Counted from the first letter of the stretch, positions 1 to 10,033 are shown. The stretch is DNA of 64,000 nucleotides from Chthonomonadaceae bacterium (GCA_965246825.1 OZ251990.1:3894541-3958540), one strand, 5' to 3'. The notes: generated by a model from the sequence alone, not told the origin. Numbers and translations are program-made.

Positions 1-926
1 TCCGTTCGTTCTACGCGTACAAACGCCGTTTCCAGACACACGGGTTGGAGGGTCTCAAAGACCTGCCTCCGATCCACAAAAGCCATCCCGCCACCACGCC
101 GCCCGAAACGGTGGAGCGGGTGATTGCCCTTTCGCTCCAACATCCCACGCGGGGCTGCCACTTCCTGTCGCATTTGCTTTCGCTCGAGGAGGTGAGCGTG
201 TCGGGCGTTACGGTGCAGACCCTGCTCACCAAAGCGGGATTAGGCTCCCGGTATGAGCGTCTGCTTCGGCTGGAGGAGACGGCGACAAAGCAGAAGATTG
301 AACTCACGCCTGAGCAGGTCGCGCAGATCGAAAAGAACAACCCGGCGTTTCGGGAGCGTCACGTGGAGAGTTCTTGTCCGGGGGAATTGTTGTGCCAGGA
401 CACCTTTTTTGTCGGCTCCTTGAAGGGAGTGAGCAAAGTTTACCTGCAAGTGGTGGTGGACACTTTCGGTTCCCTAGCGTTTGGCTACCTGCACACGACA
501 AAGCAGCCCGAACACGCTGCCTTGCTTTTGCACAACGAGGTGCTTCCCTTTTATGAGGGGGAGGGCGTGAGGGTCAAAGCAGTGCTCACCGACAATGGAC
601 GCGAGTTTTGTGGCACGGACGCCCACCCCTACGAACTCTATCTCGCCCTCAACGACATTGAGCATCGCAAGACGAAAGTGCGTTCGCCTCAAACCAACGG
701 CTTTGTTGAACGCTTCCACCGCACGGTGCTCGATGAGTTTTTCCGCATCGCGTTTCGTACCACGCTTTACGAAAGTGTCGAAGCATTGCAAACTGACCTG
801 GACAAGTGGCTCAAGGATTACAACGAAGAGCGTCCTCACCAGGGCTATCGAAACCTCGGCAAGCGTCCGATGGAAACGTTCCAGAGCGCGAAGAAAACCA
901 CAGCCGCTGTCAGACTGGATGCCTAA
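1..926 (+). CDS. IS481-family DDE transposase (integrase catalytic core), 5' end truncated by window edge
   Basis: The reading frame is open from base 3, so the ORF runs off the left edge. N-terminal HTH-like segment (YAYKRRFQTHGLEGLKD) and rve-type core (LTDNGREF...SPQTNGFVERFHRTV...EERPHQ) are typical of IS481/IS3 transposases. Confidence 0.7.
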   Translation, partial: RSFYAYKRRFQTHGLEGLKDLPPIHKSHPATTPPETVERVIALSLQHPTRGCHFLSHLLSLEEVSVSGVTVQTLLTKAGLGSRYERLLRLEETATKQKIELTPEQVAQIEKNNPAFRERHVESSCPGELLCQDTFFVGSLKGVSKVYLQVVVDTFGSLAFGYLHTTKQPEHAALLLHNEVLPFYEGEGVRVKAVLTDNGREFCGTDAHPYELYLALNDIEHRKTKVRSPQTNGFVERFHRTVLDEFFRIAFRTTLYESVEALQTDLDKWLKDYNEERPHQGYRNLGKRPMETFQSAKKTTAAVRLDA

Positions 927-1028
927 CTAGACAAGTTAGAAGGAATAGAGTGGCAAGTGCTGGGCATCACGGGATAACGCTCGTTTAATTTCATCCTCTG
1001 CACGGCATCCATACAATAAGGAAAAACG

Positions 1029-1277
1029 ATGCAAAACGAAATTTTGACCAAAGCAGAAATGGAACAGAAATTCGATGGCGAGTGGGTGCTGATCGGCGAT
1101 CCCTACAACGACGAGGCGCATCAACTCGCAGGTGGAACCGTTCTCGCGCATAGCAAAGAGAGAAGCGAAATTCATCAGGTCGCGATGAAGCTGCTCCCTG
1201 CACGTTCCGCGTTTTTCTACTTTGGAAGAACGCCGAACCCGATCTGGATCAACTTTGGACTGCTTCACCGTGAGTAG
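1029..1277 (+). CDS. small hypothetical protein (82 aa, DUF-type), translationally coupled to downstream aspartic protease
   Basis: ORF with ATG start. Its stop overlaps the GTG start of the next gene by 8 nt. No recognisable catalytic motif. Confidence 0.4.
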   Translation: MQNEILTKAEMEQKFDGEWVLIGDPYNDEAHQLAGGTVLAHSKERSEIHQVAMKLLPARSAFFYFGRTPNPIWINFGLLHRE

Positions 1278-1653
1278 TCGTTTCGATCCCTATGCGGATT
1301 TGATTGTCGTCGAAGCCGTGCTTTATGGACGCTCCCGTTCGGCACAAGCCCGATTAATCCTGGACACGGGAGCGAATTTATCGGTCGTGCGAAAGGATCT
1401 GTTGACATTTCTCGGTTATGATCCGGACGGCTCCGAAACCCGGCTGCAAATGACAACAGGCAGCGGCACCGAAACCGTTTCACTGATCGCACTGGAGCGT
1501 ATCGAGGCTTTAGAACAAGAGCGGGAAGCTTTTCAGGTGATCGCGCACGACTTACCCCCGACCGCCGGAGTAGACGGCGTGCTCGGTCTGGACTTTTTCC
1601 GTCGCCGGGTTCTTACGCTCAACTTCGAGTTCGGTGAAATCCTTCTCAAGTAA
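1270..1653 (+). CDS. retropepsin-like (clan AA) aspartic protease
   Basis: LILDTGANLSVV motif (catalytic D-T/S-G-A) in a ~125-aa protein. Start re-picked to the in-frame GTG at 1270, which overlaps the upstream stop. Confidence 0.6.
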   Translation: MSSRFDPYADLIVVEAVLYGRSRSAQARLILDTGANLSVVRKDLLTFLGYDPDGSETRLQMTTGSGTETVSLIALERIEALEQEREAFQVIAHDLPPTAGVDGVLGLDFFRRRVLTLNFEFGEILLK

Positions 1654-1722
1654 AACCCGGCAGCCTGACGGGATGCCGCACTTGTCCTCCTTGATTTCAC
1701 GGCGTTCCAACCTGCTCCCCGC

Positions 1723-3663
1723 CTATCGTCCGCCGAGTTTCTCACAGATCGCGTCCACATCGTAGACGCAGCCGCCCCACGTTCCCCCGCTCACCCCTTG
1801 CAGAGCCGCCCACATTCGGGTGTCGTCGGGCAGGTCGGGATCGGGAGCGAGGTCGAGGCGCAGAGGACGGTTTTCCAAGCGGCGCGTCCCCTCTTCCGCT
1901 CCGTACACTTCGCCGTTTTCGCCAATCAGGTTCACCGTACCCAGAAGCTCGCTGCGGTCAATGACGATCTCGATCAGGTCGCCGTCGCGCACTTTCCCGA
2001 TGGCTCCCCCTGCCAGGGCTTCGGGGCCGATATGCCCGATGCAGGCTCCCGTCGAAACCCCCGAAAAGCGGGCGTCGGTGAGCACGGCCACCGTCTTCCC
2101 CCACGAAATGAACTTTAGAGCCGAAGTAATCTGATACGTTTCCTCCATGCCCGCGCCCATCGGCCCCCGGCAGATGAGCACCACAATGTCTCCGGGTTTC
2201 ACGGGGTTCTCGGTATGCCCCTTGATGGCGGCAATCGCGGCTTTTTCGGTGGTAAACACGCGGGCTGGCCCCCGCTTTCGATACACGTTGTCGGGGTCTA
2301 CGGTGTCAGGGGAAATCGCCGTAGACTTGATCACCGAGCCTTCGGGACAAAGGTTACCGACGGGGAAGGTGACCGTTGAAGTCAGCCCCTGCGCACGGGC
2401 GCGTTCCGGCGAAAGGATCACGTCATCGGGCGAGATGCCGTCCGCCTCCAGAAGCCGCGCCTTCAGCCGCCTTCTTCGCTCGGAAGCCTCCCAAAGTTCT
2501 AAATTCTCCCCCAGCGTTTTCCCGGAAACCGTCAGGCAGTCCAGGTGCAGCAGCCCCTGTTCGCGCAGGTGAAGCATGACTTCTGGCACACCCCCCGCCA
2601 GAAACAGGCGCACCGTCGGGTGATCGGTCGGGCCGTTTGGGAGCACATCCACAAGGCGCGGCACGGCACGATTGATCGCAGCCCAGTCGTCCACCGTCGG
2701 GCGGCGCACCCCGGCGGCAAAGGCAATCGCGGGGATGTGCAGCAGCAGGTTGGTGGAGCCGCCGCAGGCAGCATGAACCGCCATCGCATTCTCGAACGCT
2801 CTCTCCGTCAGGATGTCGCGGGACGTGATGCCGCGCTCCTCCAGTTCGACAAGAGCGCGGGCGGTTTCCCGCGCCGTCTCTTTCCAAATCGGCTGGCCGG
2901 AGGGGGCGAGCGCGGCATGGGGCAGGCTTAGTCCCAACGCCTCCGCCACCACCTGCGCAGTGGCCGCCGTCCCGAAAAACTGGCAGCCGCCCCCCGGCGT
3001 GGCGCAGGCACGGCAGCCCAGTTCCGCCGCTTCCTTCAGCGTAATCTGCCCATGTGCATAGCGTGCGCCAATCGTCTGGATTTTTCCGGCGTCCTCTCCG
3101 TTGGCGGGGGGCAGGGTCACGCCGCCGGGGACAAGGGCGACCGGAAGGTGATGCATGGAGGCCAGTGCGATGAGCATGGCGGGCAAACCTTTGTCGCAGG
3201 TAGCTACGCCGAGCACCCCCCGGCGGTTTGGCAGCGAGCGAATGAGCCGGCGGAACACCAGGGCAGCGTCATTTCGATACGCCAGCGAATCCATCATGCC
3301 GGTGGTTCCCTGCGTTCGCCCGTCGCAGGGATCGGAGACAAACCCGGCAAACGGCACACAGCCGAGGGCAGCAAATTCCTTTGCGGCGGCCTCCACCAAA
3401 AGCCCCACTTCCCAGTGCCCCGTGTGGTAGCCCAGGGCGATGGGCGAGCCGTCGGGCGCACGAACGCCGCCCTGCGTGGAGAGCAGCAAAAATTCGCGGC
3501 GGTCGGCGGTATCGGCGTTCCAGCCCATACCCACATTTTGAGAAAGCCCGAACAAGTCCCCGGAGGGACGATGCAGCAGCATCTCTTCGGTGAGGGGCAG
3601 CGAACCGGAGGGGCCGTCCGCTTTTGTAGCAACATCATAAAGGTCGGGGATCGGATTGTTCAT
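1723..3663 (-). CDS. IlvD/EDD-family dehydratase, long (646 aa) YjhG/YagF-like sugar-acid (xylonate-type) dehydratase
   Basis: Motifs [18 protein letters not shown] and [17 protein letters not shown]. Length and N-terminal extension fit the ~650-aa YjhG/YagF subgroup rather than IlvD. Confidence 0.8.
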   Translation of the reverse strand: MNNPIPDLYDVATKADGPSGSLPLTEEMLLHRPSGDLFGLSQNVGMGWNADTADRREFLLLSTQGGVRAPDGSPIALGYHTGHWEVGLLVEAAAKEFAALGCVPFAGFVSDPCDGRTQGTTGMMDSLAYRNDAALVFRRLIRSLPNRRGVLGVATCDKGLPAMLIALASMHHLPVALVPGGVTLPPANGEDAGKIQTIGARYAHGQITLKEAAELGCRACATPGGGCQFFGTAATAQVVAEALGLSLPHAALAPSGQPIWKETARETARALVELEERGITSRDILTERAFENAMAVHAACGGSTNLLLHIPAIAFAAGVRRPTVDDWAAINRAVPRLVDVLPNGPTDHPTVRLFLAGGVPEVMLHLREQGLLHLDCLTVSGKTLGENLELWEASERRRRLKARLLEADGISPDDVILSPERARAQGLTSTVTFPVGNLCPEGSVIKSTAISPDTVDPDNVYRKRGPARVFTTEKAAIAAIKGHTENPVKPGDIVVLICRGPMGAGMEETYQITSALKFISWGKTVAVLTDARFSGVSTGACIGHIGPEALAGGAIGKVRDGDLIEIVIDRSELLGTVNLIGENGEVYGAEEGTRRLENRPLRLDLAPDPDLPDDTRMWAALQGVSGGTWGGCVYDVDAICEKLGGR

Positions 3664-4031
3664 CGGAAAAGACTTTCAGGCGGCGAGTTTTCGATGAAAA
3701 AGAGTATACCTTCAGAGAGATTTTCTCCGCAAAGGAAAAAGGCTCGGCTTTCACCGACCGGGCTTCCAACCCCCCCGCCCGCAGGATGGTCGGCACACAG
3801 TGCCTTCCAAACCTGGACTTCAGTCTGGGGCCTCTGCACGGACACGAAAACAGTTCGCACGGAGGCTCCCGACCTTCGCACGGGGCCTTCCGGCCTTGCT
3901 GCCAGAGGTTCTGTAGAGAAGAACTCTGCCCGAATGAAGGAAACTTTCCGAAGGAGTCTGCGTCTTTGTTTCTATCCCAATCCTGTTTCCGTCTTCCCGA
4001 AACGCGCCCTCGCCGAGAAAGGCTTTTGCCC

Positions 4032-5567
4032 ATGCGCCACTTTTTCCGCCGCCGTGCCCTCGCTCCGCTTCTCGGAGCCGCCGCTCTTGTGCCTCTCTCC
4101 GCGCCTGCTGTTCCCCCCCGTCAGGAGTCTTCCCTCCGTGTGGTGCTCGTGGGTTCCGGCCCCGATCTCGACTACAATCAAGTTGCCATCGAAAGTAACA
4201 TCCGCTATCTGAACCGAATTTTGCCGCCCTCCTCGGAACGAACCGTTTTGTTTGCCGACGGCGACGTAACCCACAAAACCGTGCTTTATGAAGACGACCC
4301 GCGAAGGCTTCCGGCAGGCGAATCCCTTTTGTTTCTGGCAATGAAAAGCCGCCGGGAACAGGAGGCGGAAACTCAGGGCCGTTACAAAACCCCCAACCTC
4401 GGCTCCCGGTGCAAGGGCGCAAACACCCCGCCCACCCTCCGAAAAGTGCTGGACGATACCGCCCAGGTTCTGCGTAAAACACCCTCGCCGCTTTTCCTCT
4501 ACTTCACGGGGCACGGCTCGATCAACCCGCGTGGGATCGAAAACAACGTCTATGAGATGTGGGGCGACAAACGCTTTTCCGTCACCGACCTCGCCGAGAA
4601 GATCGAAGCCCTGCCGTCGCAGGTTCCTGTCACCCTCGTAATGGTGCAGTGCCATTCGGGAGCCTTTGCCAACCTTCTTTTTCGCGGCGGCGATCCACGC
4701 GGGGAAGCAGTGGATCGGGACTTCGCCGGTTTTTTCGCCGCCATCAAAGAGAATGTGGCGGCGGGCTGCACGAGTGAACTCAATGAAGACGACTACCGCG
4801 ATTTCACCTCCTACTTTTTTGCGGCCCTGACCGGGCGGGATCGGCTGGGGCGCACGGTTCCCTCCGCCGATTTCAACCGGGACGGGCGCGTGGGTATGGA
4901 TGAGGCCTACTGCGATACGCTGGCGAAAGACCGGAGCATTGATGTTCCCGTCGCCACCTCCGATGTGTTTCTCCGCAAGATTTATCCGCTCACCGAAACT
5001 GAGGAAGCCGCGCTGCTGTCTGCCCCTTTCGCAGACGTGCTGCGCTGGGCTTCCCCCGCCCAGCGTTTCGCGCTCCTTGCGTTGTCGGACGAATTGAAAC
5101 TGGGCGGCGAAGACCGGCTGACGGGGGCTTATCATACGCTGCGATCCGCAAAAAGCCAGAAAGAGCGGCGGCAGGAGTTTCGGCTTTCTTCCGAAGAGAA
5201 GCACTATGACGCGCTTCAGGAGAGTGCGAAGCGGATTTTGCTGGGTCGCTTCCCGAAATTGGCCCGTGAACGGGGAAACGAGTCTGCGGGAGCGAAGCGG
5301 GAAGCGGTCGCCTTTCTTGCGCTTCATCAAAACGAGGCTCCCTACAAAAATTTGCGTGAGGCTTACTCCGCCCTTTCCCAGTCCTTTTCCGAGTCGGAGC
5401 GAAAACAGATCGAAGACGCCCATCGGCTGCGCTTGATTCGTCTGGGAAAAACGGTTTTGCTCGCCCGCAAACTCCAAACTTCCCGCCGCGAGGCCCTGAA
5501 AGCCCGCTTTGCTCGGCTTCTGGTTTCGGAGGGGAGAACGCTGCTGCCCCCGCACAGCCGAATGTAG
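4032..5567 (+). CDS. secreted clan CD cysteine peptidase, legumain-like (peptidase C13 family)
   Basis: Start moved to ATG 4032, giving a signal-peptide-like N-terminus (MRHFFRRRALAPLLGAAALVPLSAPA). His-Gly and Cys motifs (LYFTGHGS ... ~50 aa ... LVMVQCHSGAF) match the legumain pattern (YFTDHG...IEACESG). Confidence 0.55.
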   Translation: MRHFFRRRALAPLLGAAALVPLSAPAVPPRQESSLRVVLVGSGPDLDYNQVAIESNIRYLNRILPPSSERTVLFADGDVTHKTVLYEDDPRRLPAGESLLFLAMKSRREQEAETQGRYKTPNLGSRCKGANTPPTLRKVLDDTAQVLRKTPSPLFLYFTGHGSINPRGIENNVYEMWGDKRFSVTDLAEKIEALPSQVPVTLVMVQCHSGAFANLLFRGGDPRGEAVDRDFAGFFAAIKENVAAGCTSELNEDDYRDFTSYFFAALTGRDRLGRTVPSADFNRDGRVGMDEAYCDTLAKDRSIDVPVATSDVFLRKIYPLTETEEAALLSAPFADVLRWASPAQRFALLALSDELKLGGEDRLTGAYHTLRSAKSQKERRQEFRLSSEEKHYDALQESAKRILLGRFPKLARERGNESAGAKREAVAFLALHQNEAPYKNLREAYSALSQSFSESERKQIEDAHRLRLIRLGKTVLLARKLQTSRREALKARFARLLVSEGRTLLPPHSRM

Positions 5568-5787
5568 GGGCACTGCTTGAAACATTCGCCGCGCCCTTTG
5601 CTACCGTCCGGGGTTCTGCTTGCTGAACCCCTTCAATCGGGCGCAGTGAGCAGCACCCCGACGCCCAGATAAAATTGGGCCTTTCGTCCCTGTTTTCCGC
5701 GAGGCTGAACGTGCTATACTTCCCCTCAGAAACCGGCGGAAGAAAAGCCTCACACCGCCGTGAACTGGTTCAGGAGAAAAAGCAGGA

Positions 5788-7617
5788 ATGACGCAAAGTT
5801 CCGTTCAGGGCGAAAACCGCCGCACGATTTATCGAATGTTCCAGGAAACGGCGGCTCGTCACGCCGACCGCCCCGCCCTTCGCTGGAAGCCCAGCAAAGC
5901 CGCCGACTATCTCACCCTCACCTATCGGGAGTTGGAGGCGGAGGTGAAGCGGGCGCGAAAGGCTTTGTTCACGCTGGGTCTGAAACAGGGCGATACGCTT
6001 GCTCTGCTCAGCGAAGGCCGCCCGGAATGGGTGGTAACCGACCTTGCGGCGCAGTCGCTGGGGATTCGGCTTGTCGCGCCCTACACCGTTTTGCCCTCCG
6101 CACAGACCGCCGCCATCGTTTCCGATTCAGGGGCGAAGGTTTTGGTGGTTTCCGACGCGAAGCTGCTGAAGAAAGCGGGAGAAATGCGCCCTCTTACCCC
6201 TGCTCTTACCACCCTGCTGGTGTTTACGGCGGAGCCGGGGGAGGCAGAAGCCGCAAACGCATTGCTGTGGAACGACTTTTTGCGGCGCGGCGACGAAAAC
6301 CCGACCTCAGAAGTGGAACTGGATCGGCTCTCCGACCTCGTTTCCGCAGAGGAGGTCTCCACGCTCATCTATACGAGCGGGACGACCGGCGATCCAAAGG
6401 GAGCCATGCTCACCCACCGCAATCTGCTCCATACGGTAGACCACGTTTATTCGGGAAAGGTTGCGAATCTCAACGAGCAGGACGTGTTTCTTTCCTTTCT
6501 GCCGCTGTCGCACATCACGGAGCGGGACGGCTGCTACCTGGCGATCCGGGGCGGCGGCTGTACGGTCTACTCTCAGGGGCTGAGCAGCCTGGCCGACGAG
6601 CTGACGACAACGGTACGCCCCTCCGCAATCCTGTGCGTGCCGCGCCTTTGGGAAAACATTTACGAGAAGGCTCTCGACGGGCTTCAGAAGCGTGACGAAA
6701 AAACAAAGAAAAAGATTTTCTGGGCGTTGGAGATCGGAAAAAAGGTGGCGAAAGCCAACGCGAGCGGAAAGTCTCCCGGCCTGCTGACCGCCCTGCAGCA
6801 CAAACTCGCGGATGCACTGATTCTCTCGAAGGTGCGGGAAAAGATTACGGGCGGCAACCTCCGACATTGTGTGTCGGGCGGGGCTCCGCTTAGCAGTGAA
6901 GCTGGCGAATTCTTTCTCGCGCTGGGTGTCAACATTATGGAAGGGTACGGACTTTCAGAATGTAACATCATTGCCATCAACCGACCCGGACGGCAGCGCA
7001 TTGGAACTGTCGGCGAAATCATGCCCGACACCGACACGAAGACGGCTCTCGACGGGGAACTGCTGGTGAGGGGAGGCGGCGTGATGAAAGGCTACCACAA
7101 TCAGCCAGAAGCCACCCGCGAGGCGATTGATGAGGAGGGCTGGTTTCATACGGGGGACATCGTAGAGCTTTCCTCCGACGGTTATGTGAAGATCACCGAC
7201 CGCAAAAAAGATTTGCTCGTGCTCGCGAACGGAAAGAAGGTGGCTCCGCAGCCGATTGAACTGGCCCTGAAGCAAAGCCCCTACATCGCAGAAGCTGTGC
7301 TGTTTGGTGACCGACAGGCGACCGTCTCGGCTCTGATCGTGCCTGCCTTCGATAAACTTGTCGGCTGGGCCAAGTCAAACGAAATCAAGTTTCACAAAGC
7401 CGAGGAGCTGCTCGATCTCCCGGAAACGCAGAAACTCATTAAAGGCGAAGTGGACGCTCGGAACGCGGTGCTTGCGGATTACGAAAAAGTCAAACGCTTT
7501 AAGTTGATCGCCACGCCCTTCACCATTGAGGCAGGTGAACTCACCCCGTCCTTGAAAGTGAAGCGGCGCGTGGTCGCCGTGAAATACGCGCCGCTTCTGG
7601 CAGAAATGAACCGCTAA
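5788..7617 (+). CDS. long-chain fatty-acid--CoA ligase (AMP-dependent synthetase/ligase)
   Basis: AMP-binding motif YTSGTTGDPKGAMLTHRNL and the GYGLSE/TGD motifs. 609 aa. Confidence 0.85.
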   Translation: MTQSSVQGENRRTIYRMFQETAARHADRPALRWKPSKAADYLTLTYRELEAEVKRARKALFTLGLKQGDTLALLSEGRPEWVVTDLAAQSLGIRLVAPYTVLPSAQTAAIVSDSGAKVLVVSDAKLLKKAGEMRPLTPALTTLLVFTAEPGEAEAANALLWNDFLRRGDENPTSEVELDRLSDLVSAEEVSTLIYTSGTTGDPKGAMLTHRNLLHTVDHVYSGKVANLNEQDVFLSFLPLSHITERDGCYLAIRGGGCTVYSQGLSSLADELTTTVRPSAILCVPRLWENIYEKALDGLQKRDEKTKKKIFWALEIGKKVAKANASGKSPGLLTALQHKLADALILSKVREKITGGNLRHCVSGGAPLSSEAGEFFLALGVNIMEGYGLSECNIIAINRPGRQRIGTVGEIMPDTDTKTALDGELLVRGGGVMKGYHNQPEATREAIDEEGWFHTGDIVELSSDGYVKITDRKKDLLVLANGKKVAPQPIELALKQSPYIAEAVLFGDRQATVSALIVPAFDKLVGWAKSNEIKFHKAEELLDLPETQKLIKGEVDARNAVLADYEKVKRFKLIATPFTIEAGELTPSLKVKRRVVAVKYAPLLAEMNR

Positions 7618-7620
7618 GCC

Positions 7621-8202
7621 ATGACTGCTTCTTTTTCCGATCTTCGGCGTCCTGCCCTGGGGGAACCGGCTCCCGATGTCACACTCACGGCGGCAGGAAA
7701 GTCGGAGCCGCTTTTGTTGTCGTCCCTCTGGAAGGAAAGGCCGGCGGTGCTCGTTTTTCTGCGCCATCTGGGGTGTATGTTCTGCCGGGAGCACACGGCG
7801 CAGCTTCAGGAGAGCCTGCCCCTTTTTCAGGAACTGGAGGTGAGGATTGCCCTCATCAACTTCGAAAGTGAAGAGGCCACCCAGAAATTTTGTTCGGCGC
7901 GAAACCTCAACGAACCGTTTCTGTGCCTGAGCGATACAGAGCGCAATGCCTACCGCGCCTACAACCTTTCCCGCATCACCGCCACCGAGCTTTTCGCCCC
8001 GCACGTGTGGGCACGCGGATTTCAGGCGGCTCTTCATGGCCACCTGGCTTCGATCCCCAAGGGGGATCCGTTTCAGATGCCGGGCGTTTTCGTCGTGGAT
8101 ACGGCAGGAATTCTTCGCTATGCCTATCGAAGCCGGGACGCCGCCGACAACCCGCCTAACGAGCCGATACTCACCGTGCTGCGTGAACTCGTTTCGGCCT
8201 GA
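7621..8202 (+). CDS. thioredoxin-fold protein, peroxiredoxin-like (AhpC/TSA family) with CxxC
   Basis: VLVFLRHLGCMFCREH. Starts 4 nt after the fadD-like stop, so probably co-transcribed. Confidence 0.6.
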   Translation: MTASFSDLRRPALGEPAPDVTLTAAGKSEPLLLSSLWKERPAVLVFLRHLGCMFCREHTAQLQESLPLFQELEVRIALINFESEEATQKFCSARNLNEPFLCLSDTERNAYRAYNLSRITATELFAPHVWARGFQAALHGHLASIPKGDPFQMPGVFVVDTAGILRYAYRSRDAADNPPNEPILTVLRELVSA

Positions 8203-8209
8203 AAACAGG

Positions 8210-8246
8210 AAAAAGCGGACTGGGAAACTTTCCCAGTCCGCTTTTT
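8210..8246. terminator. bidirectional intrinsic terminator between convergent genes
   Basis: AAAAAGCGGACTGGGAAA-c-TTTCCCAGTCCGCTTTTT: a perfect GC-rich hairpin flanked by an A5 run and a T5 run. Confidence 0.6.
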
Positions 8247-8266
8247 CAGTAGGATTGAACTATCGC

Positions 8267-8551
8267 TTACGCTTTTCTCTTTTTGAGGTGGTGCTGCGAT
8301 TTTTTCTTGAGTTCTTTGGGCAGGGGCTTCGCGCCGGTGAGGTAATCCTGGAATTTTTCGGAGGACATCACGGAGGTGGTCACTTTCAGCCGAATGCGTC
8401 CTTCGGGGGTGGCAATGGTCACCGTTTGAAGGTTGGGCAGAAAGGTGTGGTTTTTCTTGGGGGCGCGAAGGTTCCACGCACCGGAGTGCGGGTGTCGGCG
8501 GCGATGTCCCTTGAGGGGACCCGCACCGGAAATCTGGCAAACGCGGGACAT
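8267..8551 (-). CDS. rpmB: 50S ribosomal protein bL28 (with C-terminal extension)
   Basis: MSRVCQISGAGPLKGHRRRHPHSGAWNLRAPKKNHTFLPNLQ matches the bL28 N-terminus (MSRVCQ...FLPNLQ). Confidence 0.85.
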   Translation of the reverse strand: MSRVCQISGAGPLKGHRRRHPHSGAWNLRAPKKNHTFLPNLQTVTIATPEGRIRLKVTTSVMSSEKFQDYLTGAKPLPKELKKKSQHHLKKRKA

Positions 8552-8657
8552 AATCGTCTCCTCTTTCCTCTCCGGGGAGAGGGGTTCGATCTAAAATCTA
8601 CAAAGCGGGGTGCGCGAAAAAGGATTCACACGGATTCTCTCCCGCGCAGGACAGGGC

Positions 8658-8686
8658 AGTATACTATAGGGAAAATCTTTTGTCAA
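8658..8686 (-). promoter_or_regulatory. near-consensus sigma70 promoter upstream of rpmB (minus strand)
   Basis: Minus-strand sense reads TTGACA-17 nt-TATACT. It lies ~100 nt upstream of the rpmB start. Confidence 0.45.
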
Positions 8687-8723
8687 GTTTTCGCGCTTGA
8701 AACCCTGCGGGTCGCATTCGGCT

Positions 8724-9593
8724 TTACGGTGAACCTGAAACTGCTTTTTTTCGGCGGTGCATCAGCAGTAGTCCTGGCAGCAAACCTCCAAACAGAACCG
8801 CAGCGGCAGACGGAGACGGGGCAGCGGCGGGTCGAACCGCAAGCCCGTTGATTCCAAACACGCCGGGGGTAATGCCGGTCGAAACAGCCAGTCCCGTCGC
8901 GGTATTGAACGTCACCACCGTCCCATTACTCCCTCCGAATGTGGAGTCGTGTACAACACCATAGAGGGATTGATTCACCGAAACCAGTCCAAAGATACCG
9001 CTGGCTGCGGAGCCAAACCCACTGTCCCCGATCAGCGCAGCGGCTCCCGTTGCGAGATTGCGGGTGGCCAGCGAAAAGTGGCTGGTCGTGTCCGTTCGCA
9101 AAAGCGTATAGAGCGTATTGTCTGGCCCAAATGCCATGGCGCCGCGTGTTGAGCGGGGAGAGGTCAATCCGGTTGAGCCGATTTCGGTTTTCGTTCCGGT
9201 CTGTGGATTAACCGTACAGAGAATTGCGCTGGGGTCGGTTCCTGTTGTGTTGGTATCCGCAAAGAGCGTTCCGCTGCCGCTGGAAGCCAGTCGGGTAAAA
9301 GGAACATCGTAAGTTCCGCCAATCTGGGTGCTCGCTCCGGTATCAGGATTGATCGCGTAGAATTTGGAGGCGGAATCCACCCCGTAAAGCTGATCGTGTG
9401 AAGTAAATGCAATGGCAAAAAAGCGGGGAGTTGTGGTGGAGATCGAAGTAAAATTTCCGGTGGCTAAATCCATTGTGCCAAACTGATTCTGATTTGTCAT
9501 GACATAAACGGTTTGAGCAGATACAAAAGGCCCGTTTTCGATCATCAGCCCCAGACAACCCAGTAGAAATGCCCCGCTCAGACGATAAGACAT
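8724..9593 (-). CDS. secreted protein with PEP-CTERM-like C-terminal sorting signal
   Basis: Start re-picked to ATG 9593 (MSYRLSGAFLLGCLGLMIENGPFVSAQT signal peptide). The C-terminus ...PSPSAAAVLFGGLLPGLLLMHRRKK is a PEP-CTERM variant (P-S-P, hydrophobic helix, R/K cluster). Confidence 0.55.
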   Translation of the reverse strand: MSYRLSGAFLLGCLGLMIENGPFVSAQTVYVMTNQNQFGTMDLATGNFTSISTTTPRFFAIAFTSHDQLYGVDSASKFYAINPDTGASTQIGGTYDVPFTRLASSGSGTLFADTNTTGTDPSAILCTVNPQTGTKTEIGSTGLTSPRSTRGAMAFGPDNTLYTLLRTDTTSHFSLATRNLATGAAALIGDSGFGSAASGIFGLVSVNQSLYGVVHDSTFGGSNGTVVTFNTATGLAVSTGITPGVFGINGLAVRPAAAPSPSAAAVLFGGLLPGLLLMHRRKKAVSGSP

Positions 9594-9838
9594 CGCAAAA
9601 TTCCTTTCTTGTTTGCCAGCTGCATCAGCCCGGTATGCACACTTTTTTGAGTTCAGACAGCGTGGCTGCTTCTGTTTACTCAGAACCTTACCTGCATTAC
9701 CGGCTTTGCCACAAGATAAGCGATTGCACAAAGGATGCCAAACAGGTAGGAATTTCGTCACAGACCCAGGTTTGTTCAGGCTGGTTTGGTAAAGGAAAAA
9801 TAATTACCAGACAGGACTGAACGCTTCCGTCGAAGACC

Positions 9839-9868
9839 TTGACGGCAGGCGGGTTGTGGGGTTACAAT
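9839..9868 (+). promoter_or_regulatory. near-consensus sigma70 promoter for tRNA-Arg
   Basis: TTGACG-17 nt-TACAAT, with the -10 about 42 nt upstream of the tRNA 5' end. Confidence 0.45.
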
Positions 9869-9910
9869 AAAGAGGATTGAAGGAAGAAGATTGAAGCAGG
9901 CAGCGGTTAC

Positions 9911-9983
9911 GCGCCCGTAGCTCAGTGGATAGAGCATCTGTCTTCGGAACAGAGGGTCGGGAGTTCGAATCTCTCCGGGCGTA
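9911..9983 (+). tRNA. tRNA-Arg (anticodon TCG)
   Basis: A cloverleaf folds by hand: acceptor GCGCCCG/CGGGCGT, D-arm GCTC...GAGC, anticodon stem TCTGT/ACAGA with loop CTTCGGA, T-arm GGGAG-TTCGAAT-CTCTC. No CCA is encoded. Confidence 0.75.
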
Positions 9984-9996
9984 TTACAATCTAGGA

Positions 9997-10033
9997 AAGG
10001 GTTAGAAATTTATTTTTCTAACCCTTTTTTTGG
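9997..10033 (+). terminator. intrinsic terminator downstream of tRNA-Arg
   Basis: AAGGGTTAGAAA-tttatt-TTTCTAACCCTT followed by TTTTTTTGG. Confidence 0.65.

Noticed and set aside
3052-5585. Long overlapping ORFs (3052..4212 +, 3972..5585 -, 3820..4482 -)
   Set aside because: They overlap the dehydratase and C13-peptidase genes in alternative frames or antisense. Arg/Gly/Pro-rich shadow frames of GC-rich coding sequence.
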